Source: Antedon mediterranea (lineage: Eukaryota > Animalia > Echinodermata). From it: a DNA stretch of 64,000 nt. Under the pieces are notes generated by a model. The model made no database searches, was not told the DNA's origin, and was given only the letters and a program-made list of their open reading frames with translations. Below, piece by piece: positions 1-11,691 of this stretch (position 1 is the stretch's first letter; each line of letters begins with the position of its first letter). A program made the translations under genes and the position numbers. Where the stretch lies: contig NC_092671.1 in the NCBI RefSeq assembly GCF_964355755.1, positions 23,758,070 to 23,822,069 of the forward strand, read 5' to 3'.

Positions 1-300
1 ACCTTCTTTGTTTTCTACTCTTATTCAGACTCCACCCTGGCTCCCTTTGTTATATTTCTTTTCCTGTCCACCCAGGCAGAACTTGCCAGCTTTATACTAT
101 GACGTTATCCAAATTCCTTCACTTGCACTGATGAAGGGCTAGTGTTGCCCGAAAGCTCTGCTAACTTTTCTGGCTGTTTACTTTATCGTTTTGATTTAGC
201 TTTTCGCTTTTTATTTTTGTATCTCCATTGAGATCCAGTCATTTTTTTCAGTAATTTACTGAAAACAATGACAATGCTGTGGGTATCAGTGGCTGGATCA
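1..300 (+). mobile_element. Penelope-like element 3' end/pseudo-LTR followed by a short inverted copy of its tail (about 258-300)
   Basis: Hammerhead plus tail also found at 1343-1510 and 28274-28450; 258-298 is the reverse complement of the tail gatccagccactgatacccacagcattgtcattttttttcagta. Confidence 0.7.
125..161 (+). ncRNA. Minimal type I hammerhead ribozyme in a Penelope-like terminal repeat
   Basis: GCA-CTGATGA-A-GGGC(TAGTGTT)GCCC-GAAA-GC-TC-TGC: core CUGAUGA/GAAA, 4-bp stem II, palindromic AGCT stem III, GCA/TGC stem I. Confidence 0.8.
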
Positions 301-413
301 ATTTGATCTCTGTTGCGCGTGCGTACAACTGAGGACTAGTGCTGTTCCGCCGTACCACGCCGAGAATGTTAAAGAGTCGCTATCCAATCGAGTTCGAACA
401 ATACCATTGGTAT

Positions 414-485
414 TGGTTAGTGGTCTAATGGTTAGGACATCTGCATATCAAGCAGGCGGTCCGAGTTCGAGTCTCGGTTGGGGCG
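414..485 (+). pseudogene. tRNA-like copy 1 (anticodon ATC), acceptor stem 5' strand disrupted
   Basis: D, anticodon and T arms identical to copy 2; 5' acceptor strand replaced by TGGTTAG. Confidence 0.65.
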
Positions 486-776
486 ACTTTTTCTCATTCT
501 CACAGATTTCCTCATCTTTATCGTTTCACATTAATTAATTAAATTTAGTATGTCATCGGGCGGTTTAGAATTAATGTTCTTTGCCTGTTGTGTTTATATA
601 TATAAAAGTATCTCTTCGGAGATCCCGCCTCGTGAATAAAAATACTGAAAGATGAGGGCGTATCAATTTGATCTCTGTTGCGCGTGCGTACAACTGAGGA
701 CTAGTGCTGTTCCGCCGTACCACGCCGAGAATGTTAAAGAGTCGCTATCCAATCGAGTTCGAACAATACCATGAAA

Positions 777-848
777 GTCCCAGTGGTCTAATGGTTAGGA
801 CATCTGCATATCAAGCAGGCGGTCCGAGTTCGAGTCTCGGTTGGGGCG
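777..848 (+). tRNA. tRNA-like cloverleaf, anticodon ATC (Asp-like); tRNA gene or tRNA-derived repeat head
   Basis: Acceptor GTCCCAG/TTGGGGC, D stem GTCT/GGAC, anticodon stem TCTGC/GCAGG with loop ATATCAA (ATC at 810-812), T arm CCGAG-TTCGAGT-CTCGG, discriminator G, T-tract 2 nt downstream. Confidence 0.65.
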
Positions 849-1151
849 ACTTTTTCTCATTCTCACAGATTTCCTCATCTTTGTCGTTTCAAAAATTAAT
901 TAAATAATTTTCAGTGTATCACCGGGCGGTTGGGAATTTATTTCTATGCCTGTTGTGTTTATATAAATATAAAAAGTATCTCTCGAGATCCCGCTTAGTG
1001 AATAAATATACTGAATTATAGATGAGGGCGTATCATTTTGATCTCTGGTGCGCGTGCGTACAACTGAGGACTAGTTGTGTTCCAACCGTATACCACGCCG
1101 AGAATGTTAAAGGGTCGTTATCCGATCGAGTTAAAGAACAATACAATGAAA

Positions 1152-1223
1152 GCCTCAGTGGTCTAATGGTTAGGGCACCTGCATATCAAGCAGACGGTCC
1201 GAGTTCGAGTCTCGGTTGGGGCG
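1152..1223 (+). tRNA. tRNA-like cloverleaf copy 3, anticodon ATC
   Basis: Acceptor GCCTCAG/TTGGGGC, same loops as copy 2, one C-A mismatch at the top of the anticodon stem, T-tract downstream. Confidence 0.6.
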
Positions 1224-1342
1224 ACTTTTTCTCATTCTCACAGATTTCCTCATCTTTATCGTTTCAAAAATTAATTAAATAATTTTCAGTGTATCACCGG
1301 GCGGTTTGGAATTTATTTCTATGCCTGTTGTGTTTATATATA

Positions 1343-1529
1343 TTGCACTGATGAAGGGCTAGTGTTGCCCGAAAGCTCTGCTAACTTTTCTGGCTGTTTA
1401 CTTTATCGTTTTGATTTAGCTTTTCGCTTTTTATTTTTGTATCTCCATTGAGATCCAGCCACTGATACCCACAGCATTGTCATTTTTTTCAGTAATTTGC
1501 CTTTGGATTTATATATATATATATATATA
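1343..1529 (+). mobile_element. Penelope-like terminal fragment with hammerhead (1345-1381) between (TA)n tracts
   Basis: Nearly identical to 123-255; ends in ggattt(at)n. Confidence 0.75.
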
Positions 1530-3520
1530 AACCAAACAAAAGTAAGGATAACAATGAAATAGTTATTATTATTAGAAATAATTGTATTAATCTGTTGAAG
1601 ATGAAATGAATAAATAGTGGTTAACGCCACAAAAGAGAAAAGAAAAACTCGCTTCGGTTGCGTACCACCTAGGTCATGTCCACAGATGGTTCTCGAATAC
1701 ACAGAAATGTCAGCGTAAAAATGGCGATTTCAAATGTACGTACCGCAGGACTATAAATACATTGTCGTTTTCAGAAACGAACAAATAGACAGGATGATTA
1801 ATGTAGTCAACTAATACCAATAATTATAAATTGTTCCTGACACCTTTTTAAAATAGCCTAAAAAGTCTGGACAATCTTTTTGGAATTTGTCGGTGAGAAA
1901 AATCACCCTTTTCCTAAAATCATATTCTTCATGACATGCTAATAACCCTTATGTAGGCCTATTATTAAATATAGAAAAAATGATTTGTTTTCGGACTGAT
2001 ATTTTTACACCATTTTGTCCAAGTATCTACGAATGTAATTTTTTTGATGATGTGTAGATAACACTAAATCAGATGAAGGGAATGTTTAATCACTTTAGTC
2101 ATGGCAAGTTCCTCGTCTGATCCAAACATAAGTGAATTCCCGCCAATCTGTGAATCACCAATTCCATCAATAAGTTTGCCCTAAAGATGAGAAAGAAACC
2201 GGAGCATTACTGGATGTAAATGTTTGCCTTTACGCATTAAGTTCTTGTTATGGTATACAGTTGTTACATAACAAGGTCCTAAGTTAAATGTTCTGTCGAT
2301 TCCAAGTACAGACGGGCTTGTTGCAAAATTGTTTAATGTCCTGCAATTGTTCATTGAAATATAAGATTACGGATGGAAGGGAGGAGGAGGAGCGGAAATA
2401 CTGGCGTAATGAAGTATAACATGATTGGAATTTTAATAGGAAGAGAAGAAAGAAGGCTGGGGGCCGCGGTATCAAAATTAGATATTTTAATTATCCGCCA
2501 ATACGACACCTATATATTATTTTACACAGTTAACGTACTTAAACCATAATATGCCTATCATAGCTATGTATATCCCTCTCATTTGGAAGTTAACTTTAGC
2601 TGATAATACCTTTAAAAAACGCATTACAAACATCGTACACTGTCCAAGTGATATAAACAATCTAAAAAATCTGGCAGTCGCTGAATACATCGGGGTCCAA
2701 CCAGGAAAATGTGAGCCACATGGTAATTCCAAAAAGAGGAACCAAGAATTCTTAGGACATCTGAAACAACGCGTAAACAAATTTAACAATTCGTTACCAC
2801 TGCAACACCGAGAGAAGTTTAATAACAAATGGTATTAAATGATGCCGATTGCAACCCGCCGAGAGACCTTATACAGGTACAAAACATCAAGCATACCGAG
2901 ACCATCAAATTGCATCCAAACCAACATAGAAAGAACACGGCAGAAGACGACATCCAAACACTGTTATGTATAAATATAGAAAAAATGATTTGTTTTCGGA
3001 CTGATATTTTTACACCAATTTTGTCCAAGTATCTACGAATGTTATTTTTTAGATGATGTGTACTTAACACTAAATCAGATGAAGGGAATGCTTGTTTAAT
3101 CGCATGGCAAGTTCCTCGTCTGATCCAAACATAAGTGAATTCCCGCCAATCTGTAAATCACCAATTCCATCAATAAGTTTGCACTGAAGATGAGAAAGAA
3201 ACCGGTGGTAGGCCTACGTTGTTTTGGCCATCCCAATGTAAAAAAAAAACCGGACCGGAGCATTACTGGATGTAAATGTTTGCCTTTTTAGACTATTTTA
3301 AAAAGGTGTCAGAAACAATTTATAATTTTTTTTTTTTCTCTTTTGTGGCGTTAACCACTATTAAGTTAATTTCATTCTCAAATGATCAATACAATGATAT
3401 TACACTTCATCCAAATATAATATTCCCTTATTATTCAGATTTTTTTTCCAGTCATTTTCTTGTACTTTCTTTTATCTTTTATACGATTTGATCGAAACAG
3501 TTCGGTCAGTTATATATATA
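1530..3520. mobile_element. Rearranged DNA-transposon-like relic with a degenerate transposase-like fragment (about 2550-2960, +)
   Basis: Inverted blocks 1604-1650/3325-3375 and 1822-1865/3283-3328; direct repeat about 1966-2233/2970-3288; broken ORFs with PHGNSKK and PRDLIQVQN motifs reminiscent of Mutator-like transposase N-terminal regions (from memory). Confidence 0.4.
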
Positions 3521-3596
3521 GGCCTATAAATATATTCGATCTTGATATCTAAAAAATCAGATATCTGAGATCTGAGTTTCTAGTAGGCACCCGTTA

Positions 3597-3959
3597 AGCG
3601 TGGTTCCCACTAGCGACGCAACGCAAGGACGTAACGCAACGAAAGTGAATTGACCAATCACAAGCGATGGCTTATTCGCTTGTGATTGCTAAAGCGTGGT
3701 TCCCACTAGCGACGCAACACAAGGACGTAACGCAACGCAAGTGAATTCACCAATCACAAGCGATGGCTTATTCGCTTGTGATTGCTAACTGTCTATAACT
3801 TCGCTTTTCATATTGGTTAAAACGCTTGCGTTGCGTTTACGTCCTTGCGTTACGTTCTAGTGAGAACCAAGCTTTACTGTCTATAACTTCGCTTGTCATT
3901 GGTTAAAACAATTGCGTTGCGTTTACGTCCTTGCGTTACGTTCTAGTGGGAACCAAGCT
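3597..3959. mobile_element. PIF/Harbinger-like MITE with a second copy of itself nested at 3693-3873
   Basis: TIRs AGCGTGGTTCCCACTAG / CTAGTGGGAACCAAGCT, TTA TSD on the outer copy; the inner 181-bp copy splits the outer at gattgcTAA|ctgtc. Confidence 0.85.
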
Positions 3960-4000
3960 TTATTATCCCGTGATAATTTTTCAGCAGATGATGATGCCCA

Positions 4001-4024
4001 TGAGTCACAACATAAATGACGTCA
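4001..4024 (+). promoter_or_regulatory. Candidate proximal promoter motifs: AP-1 (TGAGTCA, 4001-4007) and CRE (TGACGTCA, 4017-4024)
   Basis: Exact consensus motifs about 105-125 bp upstream of the ALIX ATG in a locally CpG-richer region; function untested. Confidence 0.4.
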
Positions 4025-4127
4025 TTTGACTGTCTCAACACTCCCGAATCGACCCTATCACACAATAGAGCCTCGCGACCGTACTCTGGCCTGGACTGAC
4101 TGGCGAGTCCGCGTCTAAAAGAGCAAA

Positions 4128-4336
4128 ATGGCTGCGTTTATTTCAGTTCCTTTAAAGAATAGTCAGGAGGTTAACCTTGTTCCACCATTGAAGAAGTTCA
4201 TTCAACGTACATACAATAAAGATGGCGGTTCTGATGAAGATACTATTCAGGCCTTAACCGATTTAAATACACAGAGAATTAATGCTGTTTGTCGAAAACT
4301 AGACAAACATGAAAACTCGATTGACACTCTTCAACG
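4128..4336 (+). CDS. PDCD6IP: ALIX exon 1 (MAAFISVPLK...DTLQR)
   Basis: ATG at 4128; donor CG|gtacgt, phase 2. Confidence 0.93.
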
Positions 4337-4972
4337 GTACGTATCAATTGGAAACAGTCATATATATAGAGAGTCAAGCGGCGGTGGAGACACCACCGGC
4401 GATCGGGTGCGAGACAATCGGGTTTGTTTTAGTCTTGGTTCGGCCCGTTCGTGATAGGTGTGTAGGTTCAGCTAAGCCCATAATGGATATATATGATGCT
4501 AGTCTAGGCCAAAACATCTTTGTCTTATGCCGATTGTTAGTTGCGAAACTGCAGTAGCGCCGTTGTAGGCAAGGCCTAGGCTATGTAGCCTAGGAGGTTT
4601 ACGATTAAATCGGTCGCGATAAAATCAACTTCCGGTATTTTGTATGGCGCGCCGCTAGAGTTATAATACGTTTGATGATATCGGTCACGTTTGAAATCGG
4701 TCGCTCTATTTTGTATGGAGCGAGATGCAAGCGAGAAGGATATACATTTTTTTTTTCGTTTATATAGGCCTACCTAGATTTAATTGATATTTTTTGGGAA
4801 CTAGGCCTAGGCTAGGCCTATATTATTTATGTGGATATTTTTTATTTGGTTAATAAATATTATCTAGGCTAGGCCTAATTAAATTTTTATTTTATTTTAC
4901 AGGTCTCGGAAAAAGATCTGTCTTTCAAAATATTATATTATATTAGGCATATAATATGTTTACTCTATATTA

Positions 4973-6112
4973 GGGATACCGAGAGCTGACTCCATTTTCA
5001 TTACCACGATTAAACAGCGCGCACGTTACTATGCGCGCAATGTCATTGACGCGGTGTTTTTTTACTTTGGTAAACACTTTTTATTAGGTAATTGTTCTGA
5101 AAATAAATTAATTATAAATATATCATTTTGAGTATATATTTATTTACCTATTATTCTATAAGATCAAGTATTTTTTATTTCCATTTCATTCAACCAAAAA
5201 TGTGAATATAGTGGTTAAAAGATCGTTATCGCCTAGCGCGTATAGCTTTTGTTTACTACAAAACCCTCGGAAGGCTCAATGACCTACCATTTCAACCTTA
5301 TTTTTGTAGTTGAGCCTCTTATGACCTCAAAATGTTTTTTATTCCTACACCAAGATAATATAGTTCCACATACCATGTGCTTGTTACTAAGAAAAATATT
5401 AATTTTAACTGCTAAAAAAACAATTTTATCCCGATATGAGGCCTTTATGATTCGAATATTTCATAGTAACAACCCATATACCATAAAAAATATCCGTTTA
5501 GTCCATTTTTTAAATAATTTTTGAAAAATTCCGAGGGGCTCAACTACAAAAACGCCATTTTATGGTATGATGTCATCGCAAGCCAATCAAACCTCCGCAT
5601 TTGACCGCTCCGCAAGTCTCACGGTTGAACGATTTTGGATTCTCGCCCTTTGATTGGTTGACGCGATTCAACACACAGCGGAATAATTTTCTCGCGAGTG
5701 CCGTGAAGTCACATGGTGTCAGGCCTGTCCAATTACACAGGAAAATAATGCATTGAAATTCTTCGAACGAGGTTAAATAAACACTCTTTTTTATATAATA
5801 AATAAGTAATATCATATTTTATTGAATTTTACAATGTTGATATATAAAATATGTTACTTAAAATCGTGATTTTATATAATTATTTTTACGAAAAATGACT
5901 AGTTCATACAATTGTCGACTGAGGGCGCAATTTGTTTACATCGTTCGTGGCTAAAAACGATCATTTTCGGCGATGTTTTAAACCCTATATTTCGAAAACT
6001 ACAAGTCATATTTTCATAATTCTTTCTTTATTATAATATTGATACAAAATACTAACAGGCAATGTATAATTTGTTTGAAAAATATTAACTTTTAATTTTA
6101 CATCGTTATCCC
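4973..6112. mobile_element. Non-autonomous DNA transposon (about 1.1 kb)
   Basis: Termini GGGATACCGA / TCGTTATCCC flanked by TA; internal inverted pair ttgtagttgagcc (about 5304) / ggctcaactacaa (about 5536). Confidence 0.5.
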
Positions 6113-6249
6113 TATCTATATATGTACTGTAATTGATATATTATATAGATAATAATTTTAATATACGTCTGTCTTTTATTATGCAAACAATTACTGTACG
6201 TAAAAGAGACACATTTTTTTAAAAACAATAATTTTTACAATGTATAACG

Positions 6250-7680
6250 TGTAAGGACTTTTTATTGATCTTTCTAAGGCTTTTAACACAATTGGTCATG
6301 ATATTCTTTTATTTAAGTTATCCCATTATGGTACAGTATTCGAGGGTTTGCATTAAATTTGTTTAAAAGTTACTTAGCAAATCGTTCTCAATGTACTAGA
6401 TACTCAAACTACCTATCTCATTTTTCATCAGTCACATGCGGTGTCCCCCAAGGCTCTCTATTAGGTCCTCTTTTATTTATTTTATACATTAATGATTTAT
6501 ATCGATGCTCTAATCTTCTCTCGTTTTTTCTCTATGCAGTTGACAAAACCTTTCTATTCTTCTCCAAATATCCAATCTCTTTTTGATGATCTAAATACCA
6601 ACTTAATGTACGTGTCCATTTATTTTTCCAGTAACAAGTTATCTATTAATTATAAAAAGTGCAGCTTTTTTCTTTTTCGGAGTCCCCAAAAAGACCGATT
6701 TATTAACACTACGCCACATAAGATTTTGATTGACAATTGTGATATTCCATGTGTTGAAGGAGCAAAGTTTCTAGGTGTTTATCTCGATAGTGGTCTAAAC
6801 ATGGAAAACTCACATTAAAGAAATCGAGAACAAAACTTCCAAGAGCCTTGGTGTCATTTTTTAGACTCATTCATTCCCCTGAATATCCTTTGTATTATTT
6901 ACTGTTCTTTAATTCTTCCCTGTCTGAGCTATTGTATGAGCTAATACTTAACCTACCAATCTCTTCAAACTTCACATTATACAAAAAAAGGCTACTCACA
7001 TTAAATCTGGCGTTCCACCCTGGTCTCATTCTTCTCTTTTCTTTTCGTGTACTCATCAATAAATTTCCTTCTTCCTAAAGCATCTGTGTAATCTGTTCAC
7101 CCCAAATTCTGTTCGTCACTCGTACTGTACAAGAAACCAATCTAAGATTCATATACCGAAACATCGCACTAATTATTTTCAACATAACATAAGATTTTCT
7201 GGCTCCAATTTATGGAATAATTTACCTTCTGACATCGGCAACTCTATTTCAAAGAAAGCGTTTTCCTCCAAACTCAAGAATTACCTTATTGAAAAGTATT
7301 ACATTTTTTTATTTTTTCTTTTAATTATTTACGATTCTCTTTTTACAGTCTTTTGTCAGGATTTGATCAGTTTTCTTTCTGTTGATCGTATTTTCCACCT
7401 ATTAGTGTCTTGTCATGTCCCTGTTTATACGTCCTGAATTTTGAATTTAGTTATTTTAAAATGGTATTTAAATAGTCTTTATCACCTTTGTCTGTAAATA
7501 GGCTGACCTGCCTCAAGATTTCTATCTTATTGGGCACTGCCTACTTTCTTTTATTGATTACTTTATACTTTTTAATCATAATATTTATAATTCTTGACTT
7601 GTTATATACTTTACCTGAATACATTATGTTTACATCATTTTCTTGAAGGAAGACAATAAATGTTAAGTTGAAATTGAAAT
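6250..7680 (+). mobile_element. Degenerate 5'-truncated LINE (RT region)
   Basis: IDLSKAF, GVPQGSLLGPLLFILYINDL, YAVD (YADD relic), KFLGVYLD across frameshifts; AATAAA plus (TTGAAA)n-like tail. Confidence 0.85.
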
Positions 7681-7879
7681 ATAAAATTAAATGTTTGAAC
7701 AAGAAAAACTGTACTTATGGCTATTTATTTATCAAACCCTACCCAAAATTGTTTAATAATCTAGAATAGAACTCAGTATTTTGTTAACTTGTGTACGTAC
7801 ATATTCATGGCTATTATAAACATGTGCATAACGATGCTTAAAGTGGAGCTTCACTCAGACTTTCTCAGCTTATATTGTT

Positions 7880-8640
7880 TAAATATGTTTAATTGAAAGT
7901 GATTACATTTGAATATTCAGTGCCAGCATATGATAACTTTTCCATCGAGGGCCTATATCCACACTGTAGTATTAACTCTGACTGTTATGTAAAAGTAAAC
8001 TGGGACAAAGTATCAACAAATGATATCGATAAATGTTGTATGATTACTGACCAACTTTTGAGTAGACTTAATGTAAGTAGTGAAGGTTTTACTTGCTCTC
8101 ATGACAAATGTTTGAATGAGGAGCATATCAATAAAATAGAAGCTGTATAATGATGTTGTTTAGTGCCTTCAACAAGCATCTGATATTGCCTTCAATAACT
8201 CAAAAAGGGGAAAGAATAATAATGCACATATCGTTCCTGGATGGAATGACCATGTCTCGGATTTACACAGTATTGCTAGAGAAGCCTTCTTGTTTTGGAA
8301 AGAGAATGGTAAACCTAGAAATGATCCATTATATGCAGCAATGAAAACATCTCGCTCTAGATTCAAATTACCTCTTAGAACTTAGAACTAATGAAAACCA
8401 ATCAGAGCAGATTCTATGGCCCAATCGTTTACTCAAAATGATTATCAATCTTTCTGGAAACAGATTAAAAAATCTAAAACCAACTCTATACTTTCCAACT
8501 CAATTGATCAGGCTAAAGGTGAAGATGAAATTTGTGAACAATGGGCTAATCATTATGAATCATTATTTAATTGTATCTCTGATGTTTCCAATGAAAATGA
8601 TATGATATGTTATACATGCATACGACTGTTTATGTACTAA
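7880..8640 (+). mobile_element. Degenerate LINE ORF2 fragment (between endonuclease and RT)
   Basis: Broken ORFs with VPGWNDHV, AREAFLFWKENGKP and FWKQIKK...WANHYESLFN. Confidence 0.6.
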
Positions 8641-9343
8641 TTCTTTGCAAATTAATGATTTTATTAATGAAAGCACTCAGAAACTGAGTGAAGTACTTGG
8701 CAAAATATATCCACTGATGACTCGGAGCATGTTGAAAGATACATTTTTTTGTCTTAGGTATTAGCTTTACATTGTTACAATCCTGCTGGGGTTAATAATT
8801 TGTTTAAATAATTTTTGGATACAAACAACTCCGGCATTGCAACAATGACCTTTCTAAAATCAAGATTGACCAGAATAATTATCGAGGAGTGTCTTGAAGC
8901 TGTGCCGATTTGCGGCGCCTCTGCCTTAACCCATGTAGTAAGCTTAAACGCTTGACCAGTCGACTAATGTTTTGGTCCATATCAAAGAATATGCCCATGT
9001 TAAAAGAAGACAGAATGCGTGCTATTTAATATATCGTACGGAAGATAAGCTTTTGTGACAAACAATATATCAATTTACCTGAAAATCAATAGGCATGTTC
9101 TGTAAGTATATACCTATGTACAGAATGAAATAAGGAAGGACACACACTGGTACTAACAAAACTAATTATCAACTAACAATAGTTTAATTTGAATAACAAT
9201 AGAACAGCAACGCCAAAAACAAACGGGTGAATTTGAAAAGAAATAGGTTTTTTAAAACTATTTGTATGAAAAAGCCGGTACATTGAATCAACTTTTGTTT
9301 TAAAATTACAAATCACAAATTATAACCCTTGCCTCTTGTCCAA

Positions 9344-10619
9344 AAATGGATAGATATACAGTCATTATATACTGTACATATTGTATATGGCATATAATAG
9401 GCACAACTCAGCACTATAAGCGTATAATAGGATGGCATACATCAACATTTTCCGTTCATATGTTAAATTACGTGCATGTAAAAAAAAAAAAAAATTAATT
9501 TTAGTAAAATGATAAAAATGATCACCTATAATAATTCGTCAAAGTGACGAATTAAATTTGAAGTTGTCTTTTCTATTTAACTTTTCTACAACTCAGTCAG
9601 ACATGTACTTCATCGGAGTGAAAATCTAAATTCTTGAACTATGATCTAATCTGATACATACTATAAAAGATTACATTTATAATTTACAGTCCCTTTCTTT
9701 TTTATGCAAAAAATAAAGAATACTAAAATCAAACATTGAAAAGTCATTTTGTAGTTTTAATCAGGTTATTTAAAAAATAATGATTTAGCTTATAAAAAAT
9801 AAAAAACAGTTAATCAAATACAAACCCATTGAATTTCAGACAATAGGCTTCCAGTTTACTACTCTTTTTTTAAAAAATTATGTCAAAAACACAACAACAC
9901 AAAAACATTAAAACAAAAAATATTTTGAACTGAAAAATATATACCACCTATTTCTATATTACAAATAACATAAGAAAATGCAAATGGATAGATATACAGT
10001 CATTATATACTGTACATATTGTATATGGCATATAATAGGCACAACTCAGCACTATAAGCGTATAATAGGATGGCATACATCAACATTTTCCGTTCATATG
10101 TTAAATTACGTGCATGTAAAAAAAAAAAAAAATTAATTTTAGTAAAATGATAAAAATGATCACCTATAATTCGTCAAAGTGACGAATTAAATTTGAAGTT
10201 GTCTTTTCTATTTAACTTTTCTACAACTCAGTCAGACATGTACTTCATCGGAGTGAAAATCTAAATTCTTGAACTATGATCTAATCTGATACATACTATA
10301 AAAGATTACATTTATAATTTACAGTCCCTTTCTTTTTTATGCAAAAAATAAAGAATACTAAAATCAAACATTGAAAATCATTTTGTAGTTTTAATCAGGT
10401 TATTTAAAAAATAATGATTTAGCTTATAAAAAATAAAAAACAGTTAATCAAATACAAACCCATTGAATTTCAGACAATAGGCTTCCAGTTTACTACTCTT
10501 TTTTTAAAAAATTATGTCAAAAACACAACAACACAAAAACATTAAAACAAAAAATATTTTGAACTGAAAAATATATACCACCTATTTCTATATTACAAAT
10601 AACATAAGAAAATGCAAAT
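9344..10619. repeat. Near-perfect ~638-bp tandem duplication
   Basis: 9344-9981 repeats at 9982-10619 with only small indels. Confidence 0.92.
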
Positions 10620-11636
10620 TTCAACCATTTATCTAGAAACACTACACAGAAATTACATGAATCCCCACGATAATTTTAATGGAAACCGCAAGAGCCTGCA
10701 CTATGGTTGCTTTTGAAGCGTTACCATCAGAGTTATAGCTCTTTGAAAAACATAAACAAATTTCCATGTATGAAATTCCTGAAAACACCCCTAAGAAATA
10801 TAATGGTATTTCCTAAAATCAATAATTGATTTACGTAAATTTTTGTTTACATTAGAGCATGATTGGTACAAAAAGATTTCACAAAAACAATTAACAAATT
10901 CTTTTTCGTTTTTAAGGTGCCATATCTAAATAATGTCAAAATTCACATGCCAAAATGATAAAATTTGCATTTTTGGGGGGGGGGGGGGGGGGAAATCACA
11001 CACCTGTATCATGGCAACCATTAATTTTTTTTCTAAATATTTAAGTTTTCTTATATTACCTAAAGTGTGATTAATTACCAAAGTATGAGGAAAATCCATT
11101 TTTTGACATTTGGCCACTTTTTAATGAAATCGGTTGATATTTGTAGTCAACCGCTCTTAACTTTTTGAGATAATCATTACACAAAATAGTGTACAGAGAG
11201 AAATAAAGAAGAAGAATAAGAAGAATAAAGATTTCATACAATAACAATAAGTGATCATTTTATTTTAAATGATCACCTAATACAAGAAGCCCTATATTTA
11301 AAATTGAAAAACCCATCTCTAAACAATTAACTTCCTAACAAAAAAATCTATCTGAATATTTAAATACTCACCTGTATAAAGGTCTAATGAATACATACCG
11401 TATTTAATTGCACTGATGATGATTATTTTAATTTGGTTATGCTGTCAGAAGTTCGGCAACATTATTTACGATATCACCTTAAACACTTGGGTGTCAATAA
11501 AGGACTTACGAAAGTTGGAAAAGCTCTAAAAAAAATCTGTAAAAGCAGCAGTCGATAAACTACTTAAAAAATATTGATTCTATTATGAATATATATTTGC
11601 TCATTAGATTGACAAGTACTTGATTTTATTCCATAG

Positions 11637-11691
11637 ATACTATGATCAGCTTGCTGTGATGGATGCAAAATTACCTGTATCAGAAGACATG
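11637..11691 (+). CDS. PDCD6IP: ALIX exon 2 (YYDQLAVMDAKLPVSEDM)
   Basis: ccatag acceptor, gtatgt donor, 55 nt. Confidence 0.92.

Larger units (their letters stand above)
297..1342. repeat. Tandem array of three ~365-bp units separated by (TA)n, each with a tRNA-like cloverleaf
   Basis: gatctctg.tgcgcgtgcgtacaactgaggactag ... gcctgttgtgtttatata recurs at about 305, 670 and 1040. Confidence 0.9.

Noticed and set aside
520-565. Minus-strand CCGATGA...GAAAC as a hammerhead within the tRNA unit
   Set aside because: Core deviates, stem II is out of register, and it is not conserved in copies 2 and 3.
704-1282. ORFs 704-907 and 1022-1282 as paralogous small proteins
   Set aside because: They run through the tRNA-like repeat, use non-ATG or unshared starts, and are explained by the repeat.
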